A stretch of 64,000 nt of DNA from an uncultured Gemmatimonadaceae bacterium (GTDB taxonomy: Bacteria > Gemmatimonadota > Gemmatimonadetes > Gemmatimonadales > Gemmatimonadaceae). Below are positions 43,623-55,991 of the stretch, piece after piece. A program made the position numbers and the translations under genes. How positions within the stretch are numbered: the first letter of the stretch is position 1; every line of letters begins with the position of its first letter. The DNA lies in the NCBI GenBank assembly GCA_963781585.1, contig CAWAGQ010000011.1, forward strand, positions 320,001-384,000. The letters run 5' to 3'. Below the pieces are notes generated by a model. It was not told the DNA's origin. It saw only the letters and a program-made list of their open reading frames with translations, and searched no databases.

Positions 43623-44125
43623 GGTTCCTGACGCAGCGCCGACCGCAGCGCGTGCCACGCCAGGCTCGCGCACTTGACCCGGATCGGGAAACGCGCCACC
43701 CCGGCGAACGCCCGCAGGGAACCTAACGAGGCGTCGGGTGCCGTCGGCGTCGCCGCTTCACCGCCGCGCGGCTCGCGCGCCGGTGGAGCGGCCGCCCCGG
43801 GCGCCAGCGCCGATCCCGGCTCCCGGGCGCCGCTCCCGGTGACCAGCGCGTGGAACCGTTCGAACAGCGCCTCCGCCTCGCCGCGCGTCTTCCCCTTCAC
43901 CGCCTGGGTCATCATCGACGCCGACGCCTTGGAGATGGCGCACCCTTCCCCGGTGAACCTGACGTCGCGGATCCGGTCGCCGTCCAGGTCCACGTACAGC
44001 GTGAGACGGTCGCCGCACAGCGGATTGTGCCCCTCCACGCGGCGCGCGCCAGGCAACTCGCCCCAGTTCCGCGGCGCGCGGTTGTGGTCCAGGATGACCT
44101 CGGCGTACAGCCCGTCGAGCTCCAT
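43619..44125 (-). CDS. sufU: SUF system SufU (NifU-N family)
   Basis: 'VILDHNRAPRN', 'NPLCGD', 'GCAISKASAS', 'RVKCASLAW'. Confidence 0.93.
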   Translation of the reverse strand: MELDGLYAEVILDHNRAPRNWGELPGARRVEGHNPLCGDRLTLYVDLDGDRIRDVRFTGEGCAISKASASMMTQAVKGKTRGEAEALFERFHALVTGSGAREPGSALAPGAAAPPAREPRGGEAATPTAPDASLGSLRAFAGVARFPIRVKCASLAWHALRSALRQEP

Positions 44126-44127
44126 CG

Positions 44128-45501
44128 TCAGGCAAAGAGCGCGCGCACGCGATGCAGCGCGCGCACCAGCGCGTCCACCTCGTGGCGCGTGTTGTACAGA
44201 TAGAACGACGCGCGGGCCGTGGCCGGAACGCCGAACCGCCGCATCAGCGGCTGGGCGCAGTGATGTCCGGCGCGGATGGCGATGCCGTCGCTGTCGAGCA
44301 CTGTCGCCACGTCGTGCGGATGGACGCCCTCCAGCACGAAGCTCAGCACGCCGGTCTTCTCCGGCGCGGTCCCGATCAGCCGGACCCCGTCCACCTCGTG
44401 CACCTGTTCGGTGGCGTAGCTGAGAAGGTCGTGTTCGTGGGCCGCAACCGCGGCGCGGTCCACGCGCTCCAGATATTCGATCGCCTGCCGGAACGCCACG
44501 ACCGACGCGATGTCGGGCGTCCCCGCTTCGAACTTCGCCGGCAGCCGGGCGTACGTGGTACGCTCGAACGTCACCGTGTCGATCATGTCGCCGCCCCCCT
44601 GCCACGGCGGAAGGCGGTCCAGCCACGTCTCCTTCCCGTAGAGCACCCCGGTGCCGGTGGGGCCCAGCATCTTGTGCGCCGAGAAGGCGAGGAAGTCGCA
44701 GTCCACGTCGCGCACGTCGACCGCGATGTGCGGGGCCGCCTGGGCCGCGTCGAGCAGCACCGGAATCCCGCGGTCGTGCGCCAGCGCCACGATCCGCCGC
44801 ACCGGGTTGATCGTGCCTAACGCGTTGGAGACCCAGGTCAGCGCCACCAGCCTGGTGCGTGGCCCCAGCAGGCGCTCGTACGCCGCCAGGTCGAGCGAGC
44901 CGTCGTCGCTCACCGGCACCGGGCGCAGCACCGCCCCGGTCCGTCCGGCCATCAATTGCCAGGGCACGATGTTCGAGTGATGCTCCATCTCCGATATCAC
45001 AATCTCGTCGCCCTCTCCCACGCCGGTCTGGCCGAACGTCGCCGCCACCAGGTTGATCGCCTCGGTGGTGTTGCGCGTGAAGACGATCTCGTGGGCATGG
45101 CGCGCGTTGACGAACCGGCGCACCGCTTCACGCGTGGCGTCGTACAGCTCGGTGGCGCGCTCACTCAGATAGTGCACGCCGCGATGGATGTTGCCGTTCT
45201 CTTCCTCGTAGAATCGTCGCACGGCGTCGATCACGACCCGCGGTTTCTGGCTGGTGGCCGCGCTGTCGAGGTAGACCAGCGGCTTGCCGCGCGGCGTCGT
45301 GGCCAGGATCGGGAAGTCGGCGCGCAGCCGTTCGACATCGAGCGCCGGGGAGACCGAAACGCCGCGCCCCGCCATGCCGGCAGTCACCGCAACCCCACCC
45401 CCGGCCGCCGGCCCGCCGGCAGTCGCGGCGGCACCGGTCATTCGCGAATCGGCGCCGCCCCCGTCCGGGGCCACTGTCTCGCTACGCGATCCCTGATCCA
45501 T
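44128..45501 (-). CDS. sufS: Cysteine desulfurase SufS
   Basis: 'YLDSAATSQKP', 'EHHSNIVPW', 'SAHKMLGPTG', 'RAGHHCAQP'; start may be downstream. Confidence 0.96.
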   Translation of the reverse strand: MDQGSRSETVAPDGGGADSRMTGAAATAGGPAAGGGVAVTAGMAGRGVSVSPALDVERLRADFPILATTPRGKPLVYLDSAATSQKPRVVIDAVRRFYEEENGNIHRGVHYLSERATELYDATREAVRRFVNARHAHEIVFTRNTTEAINLVAATFGQTGVGEGDEIVISEMEHHSNIVPWQLMAGRTGAVLRPVPVSDDGSLDLAAYERLLGPRTRLVALTWVSNALGTINPVRRIVALAHDRGIPVLLDAAQAAPHIAVDVRDVDCDFLAFSAHKMLGPTGTGVLYGKETWLDRLPPWQGGGDMIDTVTFERTTYARLPAKFEAGTPDIASVVAFRQAIEYLERVDRAAVAAHEHDLLSYATEQVHEVDGVRLIGTAPEKTGVLSFVLEGVHPHDVATVLDSDGIAIRAGHHCAQPLMRRFGVPATARASFYLYNTRHEVDALVRALHRVRALFA

Positions 45502-45507
45502 GCCGAC

Positions 45508-46833
45508 TCACGGGCGCCCGGCGCCCACCGCTCCCACGAAACGCCGCAGCGTCAGTCCCTCCAGCTCCACCTTGAGCGCCTCCTGCGGAATGGTCTCGAG
45601 CACCTCGGCGGCGAACGCGTAGGTGAGGAGCCGGCGCGCCTCGGCGGTGGGGATGCCGCGGCTTTTCATGTAGAACAGCGCGGTCTCGTCGATCCGCCCG
45701 ACCGTGGCCCCGTGCGTGCACTTCACGTCGTCCGCGAAGATCTCGAGCTGCGGCTTGGTGTCGATCCGCGCGCGCTCCGACAGCAGCAGCGTGTTGTTGG
45801 TCTGCTTGCCGTCCGTCTTCTGCGCCTCGGGGTGCACGTACACCTTGCCGTTGAACACGCCGTGCGATTCGCCGTCGAGGATGCCCTTGTAGAGCTCGCG
45901 GCTGTAGCAGTTCTCGGCGATGTGCTCGATCCGCGTCTGATGGTCGGAGTGCTGGTGTGCGTCGAGCATGTACAGCCCGTTGAGCGTCGCGCCACACCCC
46001 TCGCCCGCCAGCGCGGTGAAGATGTTGGTGCGCGACAGCGACCCCCCGGCCGCGAACGAGAACGAGACGAAGTGCGAGTCACGCTCCTGGTGCGCGGCCA
46101 CCGTCCCCACGTGGAACGCGCGCTGTCCCTCGCGCTGCAGCCGGAAGTGCTGCAGCGTGGCGCCGGCGGCCACCGAGATCTCGGTCACCGCGTTGGTCAG
46201 GTAGGCGGCGTCGCCTGACGAGACGTACTGCTCCACCAGCGTGGCCTGGGCGTTCGGCTCCACGATCACCAGCGTCCGCGGATGGCTCACCCCGCCGGCG
46301 CCCGCGTCGTCGGTCACGAACAGCAGATGAATCGGCGCTCCCGGCGCGGCGTCGCGGGCCACGTGAACCAGCGCCCCCTCGGTCATGAACGCCGTGTTGA
46401 GCGCGGTGAACACCAGCGCCGGATCGTCGAACGATGCGACCCGCGTCAGATGGCGCTCCAGCAGCGTCGGCTCCTCGCGCAGCGCCCCGGCCAGGCTCAT
46501 CACCCGCACCCCGGGTCCGATGCCCTCCACCCGCGACAGCGCCGGTGCGTAGCGCCCGTTCACGAACACCAGCCGCGGCCACGCGTCGGCGTCCACCAGG
46601 TACGGCGCCAGCTGCGCAGCGCCGATCGATCCGTTCGCCGGACGCATCGGTCCGAACGTCGCCTCGGCGATCGGAGCCGGACTGGTGAAGTGCCAGTCCT
46701 CGTTCTTCATCGTCGGGAACCCGAATTCGGCGAAGCGTTCCATCGCCTCGCGCCGTCGCGGCGCCAGCCACGTCGGCCCGCCGCCGTTCTCACCCGGCAG
46801 CATCGCGAACTGCTCAACGTACGCGGTGGTCAC
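45508..46833 (-). CDS. sufD: Fe-S cluster assembly protein SufD
   Basis: 'AQKTDGKQ', 'TKPQLEIFADDVKCTHGAT', 'FYMKSRGI'. Confidence 0.96.
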   Translation of the reverse strand: MTTAYVEQFAMLPGENGGGPTWLAPRRREAMERFAEFGFPTMKNEDWHFTSPAPIAEATFGPMRPANGSIGAAQLAPYLVDADAWPRLVFVNGRYAPALSRVEGIGPGVRVMSLAGALREEPTLLERHLTRVASFDDPALVFTALNTAFMTEGALVHVARDAAPGAPIHLLFVTDDAGAGGVSHPRTLVIVEPNAQATLVEQYVSSGDAAYLTNAVTEISVAAGATLQHFRLQREGQRAFHVGTVAAHQERDSHFVSFSFAAGGSLSRTNIFTALAGEGCGATLNGLYMLDAHQHSDHQTRIEHIAENCYSRELYKGILDGESHGVFNGKVYVHPEAQKTDGKQTNNTLLLSERARIDTKPQLEIFADDVKCTHGATVGRIDETALFYMKSRGIPTAEARRLLTYAFAAEVLETIPQEALKVELEGLTLRRFVGAVGAGRP

Positions 46834-46834
46834 G

Positions 46835-47596
<762 letters not shown>

Positions 47597-47604
47597 GGTA
47601 GTCG

Positions 47605-47770
47605 GGAATCAGTGGTCAGCTATCAGCGTTCGGCTATCAAATCGGTCAAGCAGTTACCAGCTATCAGTTGTCAGCGATCAAGTAGAGCGAGCAGGTTACC
47701 AGCTGTCAGCCTTCAGCTATCAAGCAGAGCGAGCAGTCAACAGCAGTCGGCCGTCAGTTTTCAGCCGTAA
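47605..47770 (-). repeat. Degenerate heptamer repeat tract between sufB and sufC
   Basis: Plus strand CAGTGGT CAGCTAT CAGCGTT CGGCTAT...CAGCTAT CAGTTGT CAGCGAT; duplicated 'GTTACCAGCT' and 'AGAGCGAGCAG'. Confidence 0.8.
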
Positions 47771-47797
47771 GTGTTCATCACCGGCAAGCAGCGCCGT

Positions 47798-49227
<1,430 letters not shown>

Positions 49228-49231
<4 letters not shown>

Positions 49232-49974
49232 GCCTGTGTCCTGTGCTGTTCGTTCCCCCGACCGTCCCCACCCACCCCATCGGGTGCGGACGCGCCGGAC
49301 GATGCCTGACCCGGCGCTACCTGAACCAGCTCGGGTCCGCTGGACGGGATGCAGTACTCGCAGCAGTTCGCCCCCTTGGCGATGTGCGTCTGGCGCGTCA
49401 CCGGCGCGCCGAGGACGTCGCTGATGAACCGCTCCTCGGCGTCGCACACTTCGGGAAACCGCTGCGCGACGACACGGATGGCGCAGTTGTGCTCCGTCAG
49501 GGTCGTCGGTTCACCCGCCCGCAGCTCCGCCATGTATCCGAGCGACGTGAGCAGCGTCGCCAGCCGCTCGGCGCGCGCCGCGATCGGCAGCTGCGCCAGG
49601 TCGGCACGCGTCTCATCCGCGATCTGCTCCCACCGATGGCGAAAGAGCTCGACCACACCCGCCTCACCTGCCTGTGCGCGCACGAGCTCGAGCACTTCCG
49701 ACAGCGCCCTGTCGTAGGCCCGCGGGAAGAGCGCCTCGCCCGACTCGGTGAGGGAGAAGGCGAATACCGGACCGCCCACACCCCGGATCTCGCGGCGATA
49801 CCGGACCGCACCCTCGAGCTCAAGCTCCTTCAGGTGTCTCCTGAGGGCATTCGGTGTCACCCCGATGATCGAGGCAAGCTCTCTTGTGGTAAGGGTTTGC
49901 GACTTCTTCAACGCGAGCAGGATCTGGCCCCGCGTTCCCCTGTACCCGGCTGGCAATCCGGCTGATGTCGTCAC
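49228..49974 (-). CDS. sufR: SufR-like HTH transcriptional regulator with Fe-S-binding cysteines
   Basis: N-terminal HTH 'LRRHLKELE'; 'EHNCAI..VCDAE..ANCCEY'; first gene of the suf operon. Confidence 0.8.
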
Positions 49975-50081
49975 GAACGGACTATAGCGAGATTCGCCAA
50001 ATTCTTCAACGAAAGTGTTTGCGAATTCGCCCGCGCAGGTCGTCAGCCACTCGTCACTCAGGCCGGCTCTCGGCCGGTCGA

Positions 50082-52727
50082 CTATTCGTGTCGGAGCGCC
50101 ACCAGTGGATCGACCCGAGTCGCCCGGCGTGCGGGCACCCAGCAGGCGGCAAGGGAGACCGCGACGAGGACGAACGTGATCGCTGCCAGCGTCGACGGGT
50201 CCGTCGGGGCCACTCCGAACAGCAGTCCGCGGAGCAGTCGCGTGACCATGAGTGAGACGGCAACCCCGGCAACCACGCCGATGCTGATGAGCGCGAGTCC
50301 CTGGCCGATGACCATGCGGACGATCTGGGCAGGTCGCGCGCCGAGTGAAATCCGCATCCCGATCTCGTGGGTGCGCCGAGTGACGGAATACGAGACGAGC
50401 CCGTACAGCCCGACCGCCGCGAGCGCGACTCCCAGCAACGCGAACGAGGCGATCAGCAACGTATAGAAGCGCGGTTGCGCGATCGAATCCGAGACGACGG
50501 CGGTGAGCGGGCGCTCTCTCGTGATGGGAGCGTTCGCATCGACTTCGCGAAGCCGGGCGTGGACGGCCGGGAGGACTTGTGCCGGGTCGCCGACGGTGCG
50601 CACGACGATGTCCATGTACTCCATGCCGAACTGCAGGAACGGAAAGTAGACGTCGGGCTCGACGTCATCGCGCACGCCGAATTGCTTCACGTCGTCGACC
50701 ACGCCGGCGATGGTCGCGATGCGCTCGGAGGCGCTGCCGACCTGCACCGTCACCGTGCGCCCGGTTGCGCGCTGCCCACCGAGGAACTGCCTGACGAACG
50801 CGTGGTTCACGACGACCACCGGCGGTGCGCCGGCGACGTCTTCCGGCGAGATCCCGCGCCCGTCGCGCACGTGCGCCCCGATCGCCTCGAAGTAGCGATC
50901 GCTCACGATGGAGATGTAGGCTCGTTGCGTATCCGCGGGAGTGACAGGCGCGTGACCCTGGAGCCACACGGGTGCATAAATGAACGCGCCGTTGAGCGGC
51001 GCTGCGGTGGCCACCGCCGCGTCGCGCACGCCGGGTACGCCCGACAGTTCACGCACGATCCGCGAGTAGTACACCCGGCCGCTGACGCCCCCCGGGAGCT
51101 CGTCGAACGCTGGGGCCAGGGTGATGACCGCGGCATGCCCGGGATCGAAGCCGAGGGCGACGCGCTGCATCCTGGCGAAGCTGTTGATCATGAGGCCGGC
51201 GCCGGACAAGAGGGCGACCGCCAGCGCCATTTGCACGATGACGAGCAGCGCGCGCGCCCCTGGACGACGGAGACTCGCGCCGCCGGAACCGCGGTCCGAC
51301 GCGCCCTCACGCAGCGCGCGACTGAGGTCGACCCCGGCGAGCCGGAACGCGGGAGCGAGCCCCGACAGCAGGCTGACGGCGATCGTGGCGACGGCGGTGA
51401 AGGCCAGGACGCGCCAGTCGATCGAGAGATCAGGGAGCCGCGGGATATCGGGCGGCGGCTGCGCCGCGATCAGCCGGACGCTCCACCACGCCAGCAGCAG
51501 GCCGACGGCGCCGCCAACCAGCGCCAGGAGGCCGCTCTCGGTGAGCAACTGTCGCAGGAGCCGCGGCATGCTCGCCCCGATCGCGGAACGCACCGCCACT
51601 TCGCGCTGTCGCGATGCCGCCCGGGCAAGGAAGAGGTTCGCGACGTTGGCACACGCGATGAGGAGGACGAACCCGACGGCACCGAACAGCACCCAGAGTG
51701 ACGACTTCACGTTTCCAACCAACGCGTCATACATGCTCGCGACGGCGCTTCCCCATCCCGCGTGCGACGCCGGGTCTTCGACGGCGAGTTGCGCCTGGAC
51801 ATCGGCCAGCTCGCGGGCCGCGTCCCGTTCGCCGACTCCCGGGCGCAGGCGCGCGACGACGCTGAGCCAGCGCAGGGAGGCGCGCCGCTGGTCGTTTCGC
51901 AGCGGGACCCAGAAGTCCGCCCCGTCACGGATGCCCACGAGGTCCGCCACCACCCCGACCACGGTGAATGGCCGGCGCTGAAGGAGGGCGATGGTGCGTC
52001 CGAGGGCGGCAGAATCGCCGCCAAACCGCCGCATCCAGAAGGCGTGACTGAGAATCACCACGTCCGGCGCGGTCATCTCCGCGTCGTCGTCCGTGAAATC
52101 GCGGCCGCGCTCCAGGCGGACGCCCAGGCTGCGGAATAGGTTCGGCGTGATCGCGGCGCCGACGAGCTCCTCGGGCTCGACGCCACCGGTGTCGGTCGAT
52201 GTCTCGCGCGCCCACGCGGCGATCGCCTCGAACGAGTGCGTGCGTGCGCGCCAGGCGGCGAGGGTGGAGCCGGTGGTCACGATACGCGATCCCGGGAACG
52301 CCACGCGGCTTTCCCACAGACGCACGAGGCGGCCGGGGTCGCGGTACGGCAGCGAGCGGAGCAGCACCGTGTTCACGACGCTGAACACGGCCGTGTTCGC
52401 GCCGATGCCGAGGGCGAGCGTGCCGATCACGACCGCGGCGAAGACGGGGTTCCGGCGCAATGTGCGGAGGCCGTAGCGGACGTCGCGCGCGGCGTTCTCG
52501 ACCGACGCCTCCCATCCGCCGCCGCGCACGCGCTCCTTCACGTTTTCGACCCCGCCCATGGCCAGGCGCGCGGCGCGCAGCGCCTCGTCAGGCGCCAGCC
52601 CGGCCCGTTCGTGTTCGCGGGCCGCCATCGCGACGAAGTGCGCCACCTCGTCGTCGAGGTCGCGCTCGTGGCCCGAGCGGCGCAGGAGTCGGCGCAGTCC
52701 GGCGGCAAACGATCGGACGACGCTCAC
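50082..52727 (-). CDS. ADOP-family duplicated MacB/FtsX-type permease
   Basis: 'DLDDEVAHF', 'RDVRYGLRTL', 'LALGIGANTAVFS', 'LLIACANVANL', 'RRTHEIGMRISLGA', 'RRATRVDPLVALRHE'. Confidence 0.93.
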   Translation of the reverse strand: MSVVRSFAAGLRRLLRRSGHERDLDDEVAHFVAMAAREHERAGLAPDEALRAARLAMGGVENVKERVRGGGWEASVENAARDVRYGLRTLRRNPVFAAVVIGTLALGIGANTAVFSVVNTVLLRSLPYRDPGRLVRLWESRVAFPGSRIVTTGSTLAAWRARTHSFEAIAAWARETSTDTGGVEPEELVGAAITPNLFRSLGVRLERGRDFTDDDAEMTAPDVVILSHAFWMRRFGGDSAALGRTIALLQRRPFTVVGVVADLVGIRDGADFWVPLRNDQRRASLRWLSVVARLRPGVGERDAARELADVQAQLAVEDPASHAGWGSAVASMYDALVGNVKSSLWVLFGAVGFVLLIACANVANLFLARAASRQREVAVRSAIGASMPRLLRQLLTESGLLALVGGAVGLLLAWWSVRLIAAQPPPDIPRLPDLSIDWRVLAFTAVATIAVSLLSGLAPAFRLAGVDLSRALREGASDRGSGGASLRRPGARALLVIVQMALAVALLSGAGLMINSFARMQRVALGFDPGHAAVITLAPAFDELPGGVSGRVYYSRIVRELSGVPGVRDAAVATAAPLNGAFIYAPVWLQGHAPVTPADTQRAYISIVSDRYFEAIGAHVRDGRGISPEDVAGAPPVVVVNHAFVRQFLGGQRATGRTVTVQVGSASERIATIAGVVDDVKQFGVRDDVEPDVYFPFLQFGMEYMDIVVRTVGDPAQVLPAVHARLREVDANAPITRERPLTAVVSDSIAQPRFYTLLIASFALLGVALAAVGLYGLVSYSVTRRTHEIGMRISLGARPAQIVRMVIGQGLALISIGVVAGVAVSLMVTRLLRGLLFGVAPTDPSTLAAITFVLVAVSLAACWVPARRATRVDPLVALRHE

Positions 52728-52728
52728 C

Positions 52729-53073
52729 TCACGCCCGTGCCTCGAGCAGGCGCGCGATCGCGGCTGCGCGCCGCTCCCAGTCACGCGTTTCCGCCACGAG
52801 CCGCTTCTGCCCCTTCTTCGTCAGCGAGTAGTACTTCGCGCGCCGGTTGTTCTCGGTGGGGCGCCACTCGGCGGCGAGCAGTCCCTCGCGCTCGAGGCGC
52901 TGGAAGGCGAGGAGGAGGGAGCCGGGATTCACCTTGAAGACGCCGCGGGTGATCTGCTCGACGCGCCGCGAGATGCCGAACCCGTGCATCGGCGCCAGCG
53001 AGAGCGTCTTGAGGATCAGAAGGTCGAGCGTGCCCTGGATGACGTCGGTGGTCGACTGAGGGTCTGGGGGCAT
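52729..53073 (-). CDS. PadR family regulator (ADOP-associated type)
   Basis: 'QGTLDLLILKTL..MHGFGI...GSL...ENNRRAKYYSLT..G'. Confidence 0.93.
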   Translation of the reverse strand: MPPDPQSTTDVIQGTLDLLILKTLSLAPMHGFGISRRVEQITRGVFKVNPGSLLLAFQRLEREGLLAAEWRPTENNRRAKYYSLTKKGQKRLVAETRDWERRAAAIARLLEARA

Positions 53074-53085
53074 GGTCTTTCGCGA

Positions 53086-53218
<133 letters not shown>

Positions 53219-53232
53219 CGGAAGCCCAGCGT

Positions 53233-53282
53233 TTCCTATTGGCCGCCAAGATGAGGGTCGACCAGTTGGCGGTCAAGAGGAA
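53233..53282 (-). promoter_or_regulatory. Candidate padR promoter (TTGACC-17bp-CATCTT) within a 17-bp imperfect inverted repeat (operator)
   Basis: TTCCTATTGGCCGCCAA ... TTGGCGGTCAAGAGGAA, 15/17 complementary. Confidence 0.55.
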
Positions 53283-53358
53283 GGTGACGAGCCGTCCGAC
53301 GTGCCGGCGGACGCTGTCGGCGGACGGCTGTTTGCTGTCCGGCTCGACTTGTGCGCTG

Positions 53359-54468
53359 TCAGCTGCTCGCTGCCAGCCAGGGAACGATGACCGCCTTCGT
53401 CACTTCGCGTCGCGCGACCGCGTCCAGTGCGCGGCCGGCGTCGGCGAGGCCGAACCGGCCCCCGATCATGTCGCGCCACGGCACTTGGTCGCCGAACCGC
53501 GCCGCCAGCCGGACCGCGCGATACAGGTGCGAGAAGTCCGAACCCCAGCAGCCACGGATCTCGACGTGCTTGCGGTTGATCTGCCAGTGCGGATGGATGC
53601 GGACGTCGCCGGTGTCCGTGTAGTGCCCGCACACCACTACTCTGCCGCCGTCGCGCACCAGGTCCAGCGCCTGCGGCACCGCTTCCGGGACGCCGGTGGC
53701 TTCGATCACCACGTCCACGCCGCGTCCGCGCGTCAGCTCGCGCACACGTCTAGCCCGTTCGTCAGGCGGCAGGTCGAGCCCGATCGCGTCGGTGGCGCCC
53801 ATCCGCCGGGCGAAGTCCAGCCGCGACGCGGGATCGCCGATCGCGACGATCCACTCGGCGCCGCCTAACGCGGACAGCGCAATCGCCGACTGGCCCACGG
53901 GCCCCACGCCCAGCACGGCGACGCTGTCGCCGAGGCGCAGCTCGGCGCGCTCCACCGCGTGGAGCGCGGTCACCAGGCCGCATCCGCCGCCGATGAACGT
54001 CTCGGGGTCGAGGCCAGAGGGGAGGTGCAGCATGTGAACGCCGGGCTTCATCCAGATCGCCTCGGCCCAACCGCCTAACAAGCCGTCGGCCGCACCGTAG
54101 GTGATGCCGTAGACGCGGCGGTGGGGACAGCGGGTGGTCTGTTTCGTCACCAGGCAGTGGTAGCACCGGCCGCAGGTGCCGTGGACGTCGAGGAAGGTGA
54201 CTGTGTCGCCTTCGCGGAACGGGACGCCGTCCACGTCCTCGAGTGGCGTCGCGAGCTCGGCGATCGCGCCCACCGAGACATGGCCCGGGATGATCGGATA
54301 CGGGACGCCGCTCAGCCGGCCGTGGTGGAGATGGACATCGGTGCCGCAGACCTCGGAGAAGAGGACGCGGAGGAGGGCGGCGCCGGGTTCGAGCACCGGG
54401 GCCGCGATCTCTTCGAGGCCGATCGCCGCGTCAGGCGCGGGCATGATGGCGGCGGCATATGCAGGCAT
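53359..54468 (-). CDS. Zinc-binding alcohol dehydrogenase (MDR family)
   Basis: 'VCGTDVH', 'PGH', CGRCYHC..C structural zinc site, GVGPVG. Confidence 0.93.
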   Translation of the reverse strand: MPAYAAAIMPAPDAAIGLEEIAAPVLEPGAALLRVLFSEVCGTDVHLHHGRLSGVPYPIIPGHVSVGAIAELATPLEDVDGVPFREGDTVTFLDVHGTCGRCYHCLVTKQTTRCPHRRVYGITYGAADGLLGGWAEAIWMKPGVHMLHLPSGLDPETFIGGGCGLVTALHAVERAELRLGDSVAVLGVGPVGQSAIALSALGGAEWIVAIGDPASRLDFARRMGATDAIGLDLPPDERARRVRELTRGRGVDVVIEATGVPEAVPQALDLVRDGGRVVVCGHYTDTGDVRIHPHWQINRKHVEIRGCWGSDFSHLYRAVRLAARFGDQVPWRDMIGGRFGLADAGRALDAVARREVTKAVIVPWLAASS

Positions 54469-54555
54469 CAGCGGTCAGCGATCAATAGAGCGGGCAGTCA
54501 GCAGGCGTCAGCGGTCAGTACTTTGGCCATTGGCCTTGGCCCTCTGGCCTTTCCA
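54467..54555. repeat. Degenerate heptamers of both families, overlapping the 3' end of the GT-like gene
   Basis: CAGCGGT CAGCGAT...CAGCGGT CAGTACT TTGGCCA TTGGCC TTGGCCC TCTGGCC. Confidence 0.65.
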
Positions 54556-55461
54556 TTCCCCATACCGATTCCACAGTAGAATCCCCAACGCCGGAAAGTA
54601 GATCGCGTACGCCCACGGCACCGCCAGTCGCACCTCGTAATCGCCGGGCACGAGCCCCTGACGCCAGCCGAAAAAGAGCACGAGGCTCGACAACGACAGC
54701 ACTGTCGCCTGGCGCAGTGTGCGCGGAATGAGCCAGAGGAGCAACTGATCGTAGAAGAAAAGCGCCTGCGGCACGACGCTCATCACCATCAGCAATCGAC
54801 CCTCGGGGCGTTTGATGGCGAGGAGTGAGAGCAGCAGCAGAAATCCACCGGGGCGCAGCAGCGGAATGAACTTCTCCTCACGCCCGCTGATGTTGGCGAG
54901 CCACTCGCCGGGCCAACCGGGCATGATGGCCACGCTGATCAGCACCAGCACCGCACCGAGGATCGCGGGAAGAAGCAGCGGACGCGCGACCCACACGCCG
55001 AGTCCGAGGTTTGGCTTCGCCGGCAGCACCAGGCCGACCGCAGGGATCAGGGCTGCGGCGATCATGAGCGGCGACCACTGCCCGAGCGACAGCGCGAGGA
55101 GAAAGGGGGCGCTGAGGAGGATGGGCAGCCGCACCGCGCCCGAGCGCGAGACTCCCCAGGCCAGGAGCCCGGCGGACACCGCCATGAAGATCGCGCCTGC
55201 AACGGGTAGTGGCAGCCACGCTACAGGAACGAGCAGCAGATACGCCGGCAGCGGATAGAGGGCGGGATCGTGCCCCGGGTTGAGCGGTCCCGAAGGAACG
55301 CTGAGATACGGGTCGCCGCCTGCGAGGAGTGTCCGCGCGGCGGACCAGAAGTGGAAGAAGTCAGGCGCGTACCCGGGGCGCGCCATGAGGGCCCACGCCG
55401 CGACGCCGCATGTTGCGGCCGCCGTGAACGCCACCAGCGTGGCGCGTCGGCGCCCGAGCAC
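54508..55461 (-). CDS. Polytopic membrane protein, GT-C/GT87-like glycosyltransferase
   Basis: 'DFFHFWSAARTLLAGGDPY', 'LYPLP', 'GQWS', 'KPNLG', 'YD' pattern. Confidence 0.6.
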   Translation of the reverse strand: MLGRRRATLVAFTAAATCGVAAWALMARPGYAPDFFHFWSAARTLLAGGDPYLSVPSGPLNPGHDPALYPLPAYLLLVPVAWLPLPVAGAIFMAVSAGLLAWGVSRSGAVRLPILLSAPFLLALSLGQWSPLMIAAALIPAVGLVLPAKPNLGLGVWVARPLLLPAILGAVLVLISVAIMPGWPGEWLANISGREEKFIPLLRPGGFLLLLSLLAIKRPEGRLLMVMSVVPQALFFYDQLLLWLIPRTLRQATVLSLSSLVLFFGWRQGLVPGDYEVRLAVPWAYAIYFPALGILLWNRYGEWKGQRAKANGQSTDR

Positions 55462-55929
55462 CTGCTGGAGCGACCAGTCGAGAGAGAGCGACGCGCGGAG
55501 CGATGAGATGTTCAGAAGTACTCCGGTTCCAGCTGGTGGAAGCGTGATGCGGAATTACGATTCCGAGCCGAGAAATGCGGCACGTAGTGGCCGGCGCGTC
55601 GAATCGCACTGCTCCGAACCAGGACGGGGCTTGGAGGCTACTCTGTTGAGCGCACGCGACACCGATTGTTTCCTCAGAGCATCACCTGTTCTGACTCGCC
55701 TTGCCGGCGACAAGAGTTGGCACGGGACTTCCATTCATGACGATGCCCGCGAGCAATGAGCTATCACCTGTGAGCTCAGGTCGACGCGGGCCGGAGTCTT
55801 CTCGCTGTCCAGAGGAAGGCCTGACAAGGAATCAGGCTGGACCGGACCTTGCGCGAATGATCGCAGCGTTGTTTGTTAGTGCTTCCTAATTTTCTCTTTG
55901 TTGGCGCGTGCTTTCGGCATCGGGTGACG

Positions 55930-55953
55930 TTCGCGGTGGTTTTCCACCGCGAA
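55930..55953 (+). promoter_or_regulatory. Perfect 10-bp hairpin in the flp leader
   Basis: TTCGCGGTGG-TTTT-CCACCGCGAA. Confidence 0.5.
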
Positions 55954-55991
55954 GACGCAGGATCCACATCTTCACAACGAGAGGTTTTGGT

